From contig OZ271854.1 of assembly GCA_965601925.1 (NCBI GenBank), forward strand, positions 4,960,001-5,024,000: 64,000 nt of DNA, read 5' to 3'. The notes under the pieces were generated by a model that saw nothing but the letters and a program-made list of their open reading frames with translations, had not been told where the DNA came from and did no database searches. Shown here one piece after another: positions 1-9,243 of this stretch. This DNA is from Alkalispirochaeta sp. (GTDB lineage: Bacteria > Spirochaetota > Spirochaetia > DSM-27196 > Alkalispirochaetaceae). Positions within the stretch are counted from its first letter, which is position 1. Each line of letters opens with the position of its first letter. The position numbers were made by a program, and so were the translations under genes.

Positions 1-403
1 CGTCGCGACCATTGTGAAGGAAGCGGGCGATAGAAAGTGGTTTCACCGAAACCGGGTGCTTGACTGCGGCGGTGTTTTCTCTCAATCCCACCTTCCTATT
101 GCTGTTTCGCGCTTGTGCTCCGAGGTAGCTTTTCCTATCATCAAAAAATGAGTTATCCGCTATTCAACTACCGGAATGCCTTTTTTGACCACCTCTTTCA
201 GCGACGGTATTTCGGCGAAAGTCACTGCAGCACCGTTGGAGCCGATTTTTGCTCAATTTGCCAACTCAGCTGCCTTTCATGTTCTCGTACTCACCACACC
301 GGTTGTGTAATAGAGAGCAGTTTTCTGACTTTGGATAATTTTGCCCATTTTCATGCTTTGAATCCTGAACTTGTTTAGATGAGCCGCGAAGGGGACGAGG
401 GTA

Positions 404-1714
404 GTGGTCGCATCTACGGCAAGTTCAACGTTCAGCAATGAAAATGTCGGAAGATTACTGATAAAGCTCTCTTTTCCCTCAATTATTGCTCTACTAGCGA
501 ACTCATTTTACAATATTGTGGACGCTATCATTATTGGGAGAGTGATTGGGCCCGTTGCAATGGGAGCCATATCGATCGTTCTGCCTCTTCAACGCGTGAT
601 AATGGCAGTCCCGATGATGTTGGGTTTGGGCGCTTCCACCTTGATATCCGTTCGACTCGGCAAACGCGAGTCTGCTGGGGCACAAAGAGCGGCAGGAAAT
701 GCGTTTTTTCTTTCCGGTGTTGCCGGCCTCGCTCTTGTACTTCTTGGTCTGTCGTTTCTCAGGCCCATTATGGTTGCTTTCGGTAGCACTCCGTCAATTC
801 TACCGTTTGCAAGTCGATACGGCATGATTCTTATCCTCGGATCGCCTTTCTATATGGCAATGATAACTGCTCTGCAACTCATACGATCGGAGGGAAAGGC
901 GTCATACGCAATGATAGCAATGATGTCCGGGACCTTTTTGAATGTGGGCTTAGATCTTCTCTTTGTTTTGATTTTCGATATGGGCATCACAGGTGTTGCA
1001 GTGGCCACCGTCCTGTCGCAGTTCGTATCGTTTCTGTTTGTACTGTTGTTCTATCTTACCGATCGGTCCGACATACGGTTGAGAGTTTCTCACCTACGGT
1101 TTGACAAAAAGACTATCACGGAAATGCTTCCCCTGAGCTTTCCCCCACTCGTCAACCAGTTGAGTAACATTCTTACTCCTCTGACAATTAACAATCTGCT
1201 GCGAGTGCATGCGGGTGCCCTCCACATCGCCGTATTCGGTATCGTGTATCGCCTGATGTTCTTCCTGAGGGTTCCGGTTTATGGAACGGTGCAAGGCTAT
1301 CGACCTATAGTTGGTTACAACTACGGCGCCGGAGAGATGCATCGGGTCAAGCGTGTAACGGCTATCGCCTTACTCTCACTATTCGTTTTTTCTGCTGTGT
1401 GTTGTTTGGTATTCTTTTTTCTACCACGATCGATTATTGGCATTTTTAGCAGAGATATGAATGTAATCGAGTCGGGAAGCCACGCGCTTCGAATAGCAGT
1501 TCTCTTGTTCCCGTTCTTTTCGGTGCACGCAATCGGCAGAAACTATTTTCAGGCAATAAAAAACGCACGGAGCTCTGTACTTCTCTTTGTTCTACCCAAC
1601 TTTGTTCTCTTTATTCCCGCAGCAATTATCTTTCCGATGGTGTTCGGTATCGACGGTATATGGTGGGCGTTTCCATTTTCCGATTTTGTTACCGCAATGG
1701 TTGCCGCGATATAG
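404..1714 (+). CDS. MATE family efflux transporter (MepA-like)
   Basis: 436 aa, about 12 hydrophobic helices, MATE signatures (YNIVDAIIIGR, NVGLDLLF..GITGVAVAT, PIVGYNYGA). Region is AT-richer than neighbouring genes. Confidence 0.9.
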   Translation: MVASTASSTFSNENVGRLLIKLSFPSIIALLANSFYNIVDAIIIGRVIGPVAMGAISIVLPLQRVIMAVPMMLGLGASTLISVRLGKRESAGAQRAAGNAFFLSGVAGLALVLLGLSFLRPIMVAFGSTPSILPFASRYGMILILGSPFYMAMITALQLIRSEGKASYAMIAMMSGTFLNVGLDLLFVLIFDMGITGVAVATVLSQFVSFLFVLLFYLTDRSDIRLRVSHLRFDKKTITEMLPLSFPPLVNQLSNILTPLTINNLLRVHAGALHIAVFGIVYRLMFFLRVPVYGTVQGYRPIVGYNYGAGEMHRVKRVTAIALLSLFVFSAVCCLVFFFLPRSIIGIFSRDMNVIESGSHALRIAVLLFPFFSVHAIGRNYFQAIKNARSSVLLFVLPNFVLFIPAAIIFPMVFGIDGIWWAFPFSDFVTAMVAAI

Positions 1715-1871
1715 CTTGGACAAAGCTTTCGTACCTTCTTTGCAACTCAGACCGAGCCGCTGGAGTAGATGCCCGTCGACTTGCCACATATCCTACAAGT
1801 TCCGGTTACTGTTTGACTCGCCACGTGTTCCCGCATAAGTGGCGGAACCACCTGCTAGTATACGCATAGTG

Positions 1872-1919
1872 TAATAAAATTATTTTTATATTATTTTATT
1901 AATTTTATTTAAAATTATT
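1872..1919. promoter_or_regulatory. 48-bp pure A/T tract upstream of the oad promoter (UP element or regulator-binding region)
   Basis: No G or C from 1872 to 1919 in a GC-rich window; T-runs recur about every 10 bp. Confidence 0.5.
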
Positions 1920-1950
1920 GTTTTGGAGCCTCATGGTGTCGGAAAAAATT

Positions 1951-2029
1951 CGAATTTATTCTCCTTCTGGTGTATAGCCCGCTGAATTTTCAGGCTGTAG
2001 AGTGGAACGAAACCCACCTAAGGAGACTC
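1951..2029 (+). promoter_or_regulatory. oadG promoter/leader; copy 1 of a 79-bp duplicated element
   Basis: 69/79 ungapped identity to the reverse complement of 8430-8508. Contains TTCTCC-N4-GGTGTA (1959-1974), -10-like TAGAGT (1998-2003) and SD AAGGAG. Confidence 0.85.
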
Positions 2030-2035
2030 GGTTGT

Positions 2036-2320
2036 ATGATGGGCGCAGGAATACAGCTCATGGTACTGGGCATGAGCGTGGTGATCGTCTTTTTAATCGT
2101 GTTGGTCTTGTTCATGGGGCTGGCGGCGGCGATGGTGCGGCGATTCGCGCCCCAAGCGGCGGAGTCGGACGCCGCGGATGCGGCGGTGCGGACCGCCGGC
2201 GGGCATAACGACGCCGCGGGCGAGACGCGCACCCACCGCATCGCCGCGGTCCTGGCGGCGGTGGCGATGCACCACCGGCGGCGACGGACATCCACCACAT
2301 CGCAAGGAGAGCACCGATGA
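2036..2320 (+). CDS. oadG: Oxaloacetate decarboxylase-type Na+ pump gamma subunit
   Basis: Single N-terminal TM (LMVLGMSVVIVFLIVL), Ala-rich linker, IAAVLAAVAMHH C-terminus; ATG 2036 follows SD AAGGAG; overlaps oadA (ATGA). Confidence 0.85.
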   Translation: MMGAGIQLMVLGMSVVIVFLIVLVLFMGLAAAMVRRFAPQAAESDAADAAVRTAGGHNDAAGETRTHRIAAVLAAVAMHHRRRRTSTTSQGEHR

Positions 2321-4146
2321 AGAGGATCAACGTGATGGTTACGGCGTTTCGGGACGGGTTTCAGTCCGTCTTCGGTGCCCGGGTGTTGACGCCCGATTTC
2401 ATTCCCGCGTTGGAAGCCGCCCGGCACGCCGGCCTCACCCACTTCGAGGTGGGCGGCGGTGCACGCTTTCAGAGTTTGTACTTCTACTGTAACGAGGACG
2501 CCTTCGCCATGATGGATGCGTGTCGCGCGGCGGCGGGGCCCGAGGCGAACCTCCAGACCCTCGCCCGGGGGATTAACGTCGTCGGCTTAGAGAGTCAGTC
2601 GTCGGACATGATCAAGCTGCACGCGGAGCTGTTCAAGAGGCACGGTATTACGACGATCCGCAACTTCGACGCGCTCAACGATGTGGACAACCTCGACTAT
2701 TCGGGACGCTGCATCGTCGATGCGGGGCTGCACCACGAAGTCTCGGTCACGCTCATGGGCCTTCCGCCCGGGTTATCCGGCGCCCATACCGCGGAGTTCT
2801 ATCTGAACCGATTGACACAGATTCTCGACGCCGACATTCCGATGCACTCCTTGGCGCTGAAGGACGCGTCGGGGACCGCGACGCCGCAGGTCGTGTACGA
2901 GACGGTGCAACTGGCCAAATCGAAGCTGCCGGCGGACATCCCCGTACGGTTTCATACTCACGACACGGCGGGCACCGGCGTGGTGACCTACCGGGCGGCG
3001 CTGGAGGCCGGCGCCGACGGCATCGATCTGTCGATGGCACCGGTGTCGGGCGGTACGGCACAACCGGACATCATTACGATGTGGCACGCCCTGCGCGGCA
3101 CTGAGTTCGATCTGGGTGTGGATATCGAGCAGGTGATGGAGGCGGAAGAGGTCTTCAAGGAGTGCATGCAGGACTACTTCTTTCCCCCCGAGGCGTTGCG
3201 GGTGGAACCGCTCATCCCCTTCTCGCCGATGCCCGGCGGCGCGTTGACGGCCAACACGCAGATGATGCGCGACCACAAGGTGTTGCACCGCTTTCCGGAG
3301 GTGATCGCGGCGATGCGCGAGGTCGTGGAACGGGGCGGGTTTGCGACCTCGGTCACCCCGGTCTCGCAATTCTACTTCCAGCAGGCGTTCAACAACGTCG
3401 TCATGGGGCCGTGGAAGAAGATCGCCGACGGGTACGGGAAGATGCTGTTGGGCTACTTCGGTAAGACGCCGAATGCGCCGGATCCGGAGTTGGTACGCAT
3501 CGCCGGCGAGCAGTTGGGACTGGAGCCGACGACCGAAAGTCCGCGCCTGTTGAACGACGCCGATCCGACCAAGGGCCGCGACGCCGCCGAGGCGGTCTTG
3601 CGCGCGGAGGGGCTTCCCGTCACCGACGAGAACGTCTTTATCGCCGCAACGTGTAAGGAGCGGGGCATCACGTTTCTCAAGGGCGAGGCGCGCGTACAGG
3701 TCCGCAAACACGGATCCGACGGAGCCGAGACGCCGGCCGCGAGCGGTCCGTCTCCTCAGACGAGTGTCGGACCGGCAACGTACTCGGTGACCGTCTCGGG
3801 ACAGACCTTTGCGGTAACCGTGGCGGACGGGAGTGCGGTGATCGACGGCCAGGCACATCCCTTGCCGTCGGCCGGCACGGCCGCACCCACCCCGGGTGCC
3901 GCTCCGTCTCCGCCTCCGACACCGCCGGCCGGCGGCGCCACCGTATCCGCGCCCATGCCCGGGGTGATTCTCCGTACCCTCGTACGGGCCGGCGAGGCGG
4001 TCACCGAGGGGACACCGGTCGTACTCATGGAATGCATGAAGATGGAGATGAAGGTCGAGGCGTCCTCCGCGGGAACGGTTTCTCAGGTACACGTCACCGA
4101 CGGACAATCGGTTGAGGCGGATGCCGCGTTGGTATCGGTCGTATGA
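2317..4146 (+). CDS. oadA: Oxaloacetate decarboxylase alpha subunit (carboxyltransferase plus biotin carrier)
   Basis: RDGFQS, LKDASG, HTHDTAG, MPGGAL motifs; Pro/Ala linker; biotinylation motif ECMKM. Confidence 0.88.
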   Translation: MKRINVMVTAFRDGFQSVFGARVLTPDFIPALEAARHAGLTHFEVGGGARFQSLYFYCNEDAFAMMDACRAAAGPEANLQTLARGINVVGLESQSSDMIKLHAELFKRHGITTIRNFDALNDVDNLDYSGRCIVDAGLHHEVSVTLMGLPPGLSGAHTAEFYLNRLTQILDADIPMHSLALKDASGTATPQVVYETVQLAKSKLPADIPVRFHTHDTAGTGVVTYRAALEAGADGIDLSMAPVSGGTAQPDIITMWHALRGTEFDLGVDIEQVMEAEEVFKECMQDYFFPPEALRVEPLIPFSPMPGGALTANTQMMRDHKVLHRFPEVIAAMREVVERGGFATSVTPVSQFYFQQAFNNVVMGPWKKIADGYGKMLLGYFGKTPNAPDPELVRIAGEQLGLEPTTESPRLLNDADPTKGRDAAEAVLRAEGLPVTDENVFIAATCKERGITFLKGEARVQVRKHGSDGAETPAASGPSPQTSVGPATYSVTVSGQTFAVTVADGSAVIDGQAHPLPSAGTAAPTPGAAPSPPPTPPAGGATVSAPMPGVILRTLVRAGEAVTEGTPVVLMECMKMEMKVEASSAGTVSQVHVTDGQSVEADAALVSVV

Positions 4147-5282
4147 ACATCGCGCACTCTTTCGTCAATCTCTGGACGGCGACGGGGATCCACGCGATCA
4201 CCGGCGGCGAGCTGGTCATGATCGGCCTTAGTCTGGTGTTGATCTATCTGGCGATCGGCCGGAACTTCGAGCCGTTGTTATTGTTGCCGATCGGGTTCGG
4301 CGGAATACTCGCCAATATTCCGATCGCCGGCATCGCCGGGCCCGCCGGCTTCATCGGCATGATCGATGCGGTGGGGCTGGCGACAGGGATCTTTCCGCTG
4401 TTGATCTTCATGGGCGTGGGCGCGATGACCGATTTCGGCCCGCTCATCGCCAACCCGCGTACCGCCCTGTTGGGGGCGGCGGCGCAGTTCGGCATCTTCG
4501 CCACGGTGTTGGGCGCCCTCGCATTGAGCGAGTATCTCGGATTCGACTTTTCTCTGCGCGACGCCGCCTCGATCGGCATTATCGGGGGCGCCGACGGTCC
4601 GACGGCGATCTTCCTCTCCTCGCGGCTGAGTCCCGATCTGGTCGGCGCCATCGCGGTGGCGGCGTACAGCTACATGGCGTTAGTACCGATCATCCAACCG
4701 CCGATCATGCGTGCGCTGACGAAACCGGAGGAGCGTCGTATCGTCATGACGCAGCTGCGCCCCGTGTCCAAGATCGAGAAGATCATCTTCCCCTTGATGG
4801 CCCTCGGCCTGTGCATTCTCCTGCTGCCCACCGCAACGCCGCTGATCGGCGCGCTCATGTTCGGTAATCTGGTAAAGGAGTCCGGCGTCACCGAACGGCT
4901 CTCGAAGACGCTCCAGAGCTCGTTTATCGACAGCGTCACGATTCTGTTGGGATTGGTCGTCGGGGGGAAACTACAGGCGGCCTACTTCCTCCGCCTGGAA
5001 ACGATCGGCATTCTCTTGTTGGGGTTGGTCGCCTTCTCGATCGGCACCGCGACGGGGGTACTGTTGGCGCGCCTCATGCATCGCCTCTCCCGTACCCCGA
5101 TCAATCCGCTGATCGGCGCGGCCGGCGTCTCGGCGGTTCCGATGGCCGCACGGGTCGTCAACAAGGTCGGACTCCAGGACAACCCCCGTAACTATCTGTT
5201 GATGCACGCCATGGGTCCCAACGTCAGCGGCGTCATCGGCTCCGCCGTCGCCGCCGGCGTCCTCCTCTCGGTCTTTATGTAG
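4143..5282 (+). CDS. oadB: Na+-transporting decarboxylase beta subunit
   Basis: [37 protein letters not shown] and [15 protein letters not shown] motifs. Confidence 0.95.
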   Translation: MNIAHSFVNLWTATGIHAITGGELVMIGLSLVLIYLAIGRNFEPLLLLPIGFGGILANIPIAGIAGPAGFIGMIDAVGLATGIFPLLIFMGVGAMTDFGPLIANPRTALLGAAAQFGIFATVLGALALSEYLGFDFSLRDAASIGIIGGADGPTAIFLSSRLSPDLVGAIAVAAYSYMALVPIIQPPIMRALTKPEERRIVMTQLRPVSKIEKIIFPLMALGLCILLLPTATPLIGALMFGNLVKESGVTERLSKTLQSSFIDSVTILLGLVVGGKLQAAYFLRLETIGILLLGLVAFSIGTATGVLLARLMHRLSRTPINPLIGAAGVSAVPMAARVVNKVGLQDNPRNYLLMHAMGPNVSGVIGSAVAAGVLLSVFM

Positions 5283-5580
5283 CCCGACCGGGACGTGTCT
5301 CTCGGCGTACCGCGACGCTCCCGGCCAGCACGGTACACGGGAAGCGCACGAGAAAGGTAAGCGAGTCCTCGACGGCAATGGAGAACATTCCACCCAAATC
5401 GGCCGCGAGGGAGCCGTCGCTCCCTGCGGACTTCAACCCGCTCCTCCGCGGAACAAGACGTCGTTCCCTCGGACGCTCCCCGCAGAACATCGCACGCTTT
5501 CGTGACCTGCCAACCGCGACACGAGCTCGTCGGCCTTAGGACGGAGCGTCTCCAATGTCCTTATCACACTTCGTGGGCGC

Positions 5581-5612
5581 AAAAAAAGGGCTGCTCCACC
5601 ACTGAGCAGCCC
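5581..5612 (-). terminator. Rho-independent terminator of the TRAP operon
   Basis: 9-bp stem GGGCTGCTC/GAGCAGCCC with 7-nt loop, followed by T7 on the minus strand, just downstream of the dctM stop. Confidence 0.85.
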
Positions 5613-5634
5613 CATTCCGCGCTCCGACCTGAAT

Positions 5635-6912
5635 CTATCTGAACAGATTCGGTAGGAACATAATGATGTCGGGAACCAGGGCAAAGATGAACACCTGGAC
5701 CACCAGAATGATGATATAGGGGTAGATCGCCCGGGCTATCTTATCGATGCTGAGTTTCGTCACCGCACTCACGACGAAGAGGGCCAGACCCACCGGCGGA
5801 GTGATGTTGCCGATAGCCAGGTTGCAGATCATCAGCACACCGAAGAACACCGGGTCGATGCCGAAGTTCAATGCCACGGGAAGCAGGATGGGGGTCAGGA
5901 TAACCACCGCCGCCGAGGGATTCACGAGGGTTCCCAACAGCAGCAGAATGATGTTCACCAAAATGACGAACACGTACCGGTTGGGGGCTATCGTCGTCAT
6001 GAACAGACCCAGGCGGTGGGGAATTTCCGCACTGGTAATGACGTAGCCGAACACCTTCGCCGCCGCTACGATGAACATGATGATTACCGTTCCGTAAATC
6101 GCCGAAGAGACGATTTTGGGAATATCCTTGAGCTTCAGCTCTCTGTAGACGAAGAACCCGATGAAGAGCGCATACACCGAGGCCACCGCTGCGGCTTCGG
6201 TAGGAGTAAAAATACCGCCGTAGATGCCGCCGAGGATGATCACGGGCATCAGAAGTGCCCAAATGCTCTTCATGAAGGCTTTGACGACCGCCCCAAACGA
6301 CCAGGTTCCCTCCCCGCCCCATCCGTTCTTCCGGCAGATGAAGTAGCTGAGAACCAACATGGAAAGTCCGTAGAGGATTCCCGGACCGAATCCGCCGAGG
6401 AATAGGTCCCCGATGGAAACGCCGGCGATGACGCCGTAGACCACCAGGGTGATGCTCGGGGGAATCACGATGCCGACCATGCTGCCGGAGGCGATAACCG
6501 CCGCGGTGAAGGGCCGGGAGTAACCTTTTTTCTCCATAGCGTCGATCATGATGGCGCCGATGGCGGCGGCAACGGCGGCGGCGGAACCGGAGATGGCCCC
6601 GAAGAAGATTCCCGCTACCGCAACAACCTGTGCCAGCCCGCCCCGGAAGGGGCCAACCAACGACTGAGCGAAGTCGATCAACCGCTTGGTTACGCCGCCG
6701 TGGCTCATGAATGCGCCCGCTAACATGAAAAACGGGATGGCCAGGAACTCATAGGAGTTCACCGCCGAGAACATATTCTGGGCGACCAGGACCAATGGAA
6801 GGTCCAGGTAGGCCAGAATAAGGTAGATCGACGAGAGCCCCAAAGAATAGGCAATGGGAACTCCCAGGAAGATCAAACCAAGTAGTAGTAAAAAAAAGAT
6901 GTAAAAAGCCAT
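5635..6912 (-). CDS. dctM: TRAP transporter large permease
   Basis: LAIPFFMLAG, IPPSI, GGIFTPTEAA, ITPPVG motifs. Confidence 0.95.
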   Translation of the reverse strand: MAFYIFFLLLLGLIFLGVPIAYSLGLSSIYLILAYLDLPLVLVAQNMFSAVNSYEFLAIPFFMLAGAFMSHGGVTKRLIDFAQSLVGPFRGGLAQVVAVAGIFFGAISGSAAAVAAAIGAIMIDAMEKKGYSRPFTAAVIASGSMVGIVIPPSITLVVYGVIAGVSIGDLFLGGFGPGILYGLSMLVLSYFICRKNGWGGEGTWSFGAVVKAFMKSIWALLMPVIILGGIYGGIFTPTEAAAVASVYALFIGFFVYRELKLKDIPKIVSSAIYGTVIIMFIVAAAKVFGYVITSAEIPHRLGLFMTTIAPNRYVFVILVNIILLLLGTLVNPSAAVVILTPILLPVALNFGIDPVFFGVLMICNLAIGNITPPVGLALFVVSAVTKLSIDKIARAIYPYIIILVVQVFIFALVPDIIMFLPNLFR

Positions 6913-6914
6913 TC

Positions 6915-7418
6915 TTAGTTCCCTTCCGATTCACGCCCGAAGTACTCCAGGACCAGCTCGACGTAGTTCAGGATGTGGAACACGAGGGTCAGTCCCGAGC
7001 CGATGGGCACGGCGAGATAGACGTATCCCATGGGAACGCCCATGGCCGCGCTGGAGTAAAAGTTCATCGTGCCCGAAAGTCTCACTCCGCCGGAGAAGAC
7101 GACGATCAGAAACACCGTCCCCACGACGAAGATGAAGCTCTCGACGACAAACCCGGACATGCTGCCCTTTAACTTCTCGGTGAGAAGGGCGACGCACACC
7201 TGCCGTTTGTCCTTCACGACTTTGGCTATGCCGAGGAACACTACCCAGACAAAGATGAATCGGGCCATCTCATCGGCGAAGAAAATCGAGTTGGCGAAGA
7301 CGTAGCGTCCGATGACGTTGGCAAAGGTGAGAAACAGGAGGAAAAGCATCAGCGCAATCGATAGCTTTTCCAGAGCCCCGTTCACGACGTTGATGGACCT
7401 AAGAACGACTTTCTGCAT
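6915..7418 (-). CDS. dctQ: TRAP transporter small permease
   Basis: 4 TM, NVIGRY and DEMARF motifs; lies between dctP and dctM; start placed at MQKVV. Confidence 0.88.
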   Translation of the reverse strand: MQKVVLRSINVVNGALEKLSIALMLFLLFLTFANVIGRYVFANSIFFADEMARFIFVWVVFLGIAKVVKDKRQVCVALLTEKLKGSMSGFVVESFIFVVGTVFLIVVFSGGVRLSGTMNFYSSAAMGVPMGYVYLAVPIGSGLTLVFHILNYVELVLEYFGRESEGN

Positions 7419-7434
7419 GGACGTCCCGCCCTGC

Positions 7435-8427
7435 CTACCGCAGTGCCTGGATTCTGGCAATCAGCTCATCGCTGGTGTCGGTACGCAGAGTCGTCCAAAC
7501 GAGCTCGGTGGCTTCTGCGAAGAGCGCTCGGTCCACGTCGATGATTTCGGTGCCCGCATCGGCGATCTGTTGGAAGAACTCGCTCTCCTGTTCTCGGGCC
7601 AGGGCGCGGGAGTATTCCAACGCTTCCGCGACGGCTTCCATCATGATGTCCTGGTACTCGGCGGGGAGTCGCTCCCAGGTGCGCATGGACATCGACAGGG
7701 GTTCCGACTCATAGGTATGGCCGGTAAGAGAGACGTATCGATTCACCTCGAAGAACCGTTGCTGCCAAATATGGACGGCGGGAACTTCTAAACCGTCAAT
7801 GGTGCCGGTAGAGCCGGCCGAGTAGACCTCGCCGAAGGCCATGGGAGTGGGGTCGGCGCCGAGGGATTGCATCATCGCGACATAGACCGGAGTGGTCATG
7901 ACCCGCATTTTGAGACCTTCCATATCTTCAGGGGTGTGGATCGGGCGTCTGTTGTTGATCATGTGTCGAACGCCGTTCTCAAAGAATGCGAGGACCTTAA
8001 CACCTCTGGGTTCGAGTCCCTGAGCCACCTCCATGCCGATGGTATCGAGCGCGGCATAAGCGTGATCGCGGTCCTCGAACATGTAGGGATAGCCGAACAC
8101 CAAAAGGTCGGGCTCGAACTGGCCGAGCACGGCGGTGGTGGTGAGGGCGAAGTCAAGGTTGCCGAGAATCAGGCTCTCGATGAGCTGCTGCTGATTGCCC
8201 AGCTGGCTATTCGGGAAGATGGTGATCGTCACGTTCCCGTTGGTTCGCTCCTCCACGAGATCGGCGAACATTTGGCCGCCCAGGGCGTACGGATTATCGG
8301 GATCGGCGACGTGTCCGAGTTGCAGCTCAAAAACCTGGTCCGCGCCGTCAGCTTCTTCGGTGCCGGCGGCAAAGGCGAAGGAGGTTACCAGCGCCACCGC
8401 TGCAATGAGCATCCAAAAATTCTTCAT
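7435..8427 (-). CDS. dctP: TRAP substrate-binding protein
   Basis: Signal peptide, FPNSQLG, ENGVRH, GLKMRV (conserved Arg), GADPTPMAFGEVY; ATG 8427 follows SD AAGGAG. Confidence 0.93.
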   Translation of the reverse strand: MKNFWMLIAAVALVTSFAFAAGTEEADGADQVFELQLGHVADPDNPYALGGQMFADLVEERTNGNVTITIFPNSQLGNQQQLIESLILGNLDFALTTTAVLGQFEPDLLVFGYPYMFEDRDHAYAALDTIGMEVAQGLEPRGVKVLAFFENGVRHMINNRRPIHTPEDMEGLKMRVMTTPVYVAMMQSLGADPTPMAFGEVYSAGSTGTIDGLEVPAVHIWQQRFFEVNRYVSLTGHTYESEPLSMSMRTWERLPAEYQDIMMEAVAEALEYSRALAREQESEFFQQIADAGTEIIDVDRALFAEATELVWTTLRTDTSDELIARIQALR

Positions 8428-8429
8428 AT

Positions 8430-8508
8430 GAGGCTCCTTATGTGGGTTTCGTTCCACTCTAAGGCGTGAAAATTCAGCGGACTATTCACCAGAAGGGGGA
8501 GAAATTCG
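8430..8508 (-). promoter_or_regulatory. dctP promoter/leader; copy 2 of the 79-bp duplicated element
   Basis: Reverse complement matches 1951-2029 at 69/79. A second palindromic site TACACC-N4-GGTGAA lies at 8538-8553. Confidence 0.85.
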
Positions 8509-8589
8509 CTGTTTTTCCTGAGAATCGAGGGAGCATGTACACCAAATGGTGAATAGCGCGGGATCGACGCAGGAGGCGACGGTGACCGG

Positions 8590-9243
8590 TTAGATAAGCC
8601 CTTCCCGGATGACTTTTTTAACGATCTCCACTTTGGAACTGACATTCAGTTTCTGGTAGATGTGGAGAATGTGCTTCTTCGCCGTGGACGGGGCGATGAT
8701 ATAGCGTTCGGCGATCTCTCTGTAGGTGCGGCCGTCGATGATGTCCTCGAGTATCTGATGCTCCCGGGGAGTCAAGCCGTAGTCCTTCGTGGCGTCCTGT
8801 GCGGACTCTCTCTGAATTTCGGTGAGGATTGTCCGGGCGATGGTCGGGCTGATGGGCGAGCCGCCGTCATGGAGGCTTTTTATCTGCTCGATGAGATTTT
8901 GGGGTTTGGTATTCTTCAGGATGTACCCGCCGGCCCCCGCTCTGATACTTCGGAGAATTTTATCTTGATCTTCGAATACGGTCAGCATGAGCACTGCCGT
9001 ATCGGGAGACCGCCGCTTTATCAGGGGAATCGCTTCGATACCGGTCATGCCGGGAAGCTGGATGTCCATCAGCACCACGTCGATCGGTTGCCCCGATTCC
9101 AGACTTGTTAGAAAGGCCTCGGCGGACTCATAGAGACCGCGGACCTTACATGTCGGCTCTAAGTTCAGGTAGTAGCCGATTCCCTCTCGGACATCCTTCA
9201 TATCTTCCACAATCGCTATGCGGATAAGGTGCGGCGTTTTCAC
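8590..9243 (-). CDS. NarL/LuxR-family response regulator
   Basis: REC domain (IVED, LMDIQLPGMTG, GYILK) plus LuxR HTH (LTPREHQIL..TAKKHILHIYQKL). Confidence 0.95.
   Translation of the reverse strand: MKTPHLIRIAIVEDMKDVREGIGYYLNLEPTCKVRGLYESAEAFLTSLESGQPIDVVLMDIQLPGMTGIEAIPLIKRRSPDTAVLMLTVFEDQDKILRSIRAGAGGYILKNTKPQNLIEQIKSLHDGGSPISPTIARTILTEIQRESAQDATKDYGLTPREHQILEDIIDGRTYREIAERYIIAPSTAKKHILHIYQKLNVSSKVEIVKKVIREGLI

Noticed and set aside
160..354. Possible minus-strand pseudogene (MKMGKII...KGIPVVE with two in-frame TGA), faintly rhodanese-like; also the 115-378 (+) ORF
   Set aside because: Similarity is too weak to support without a search, and there is no recognisable SECIS or recoding signal.
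1951..2029. Known riboswitch in the duplicated leader
   Set aside because: No known aptamer consensus or clear compensatory stem; the layout fits a DNA promoter with only about 25 nt transcribed before the start.
2773..4107. Long antisense ORFs (also 42344-43489, 43523-44680, 30060-31061, 49974-50927, 56772-57824)
   Set aside because: Shadow frames of well-supported genes in GC-rich DNA, with no family motifs.
5283..5580. ncRNA or small gene between oadB and the TRAP terminator
   Set aside because: Only a GC hairpin (about 5403-5429) is evident; no credible ORF or RNA family motif.
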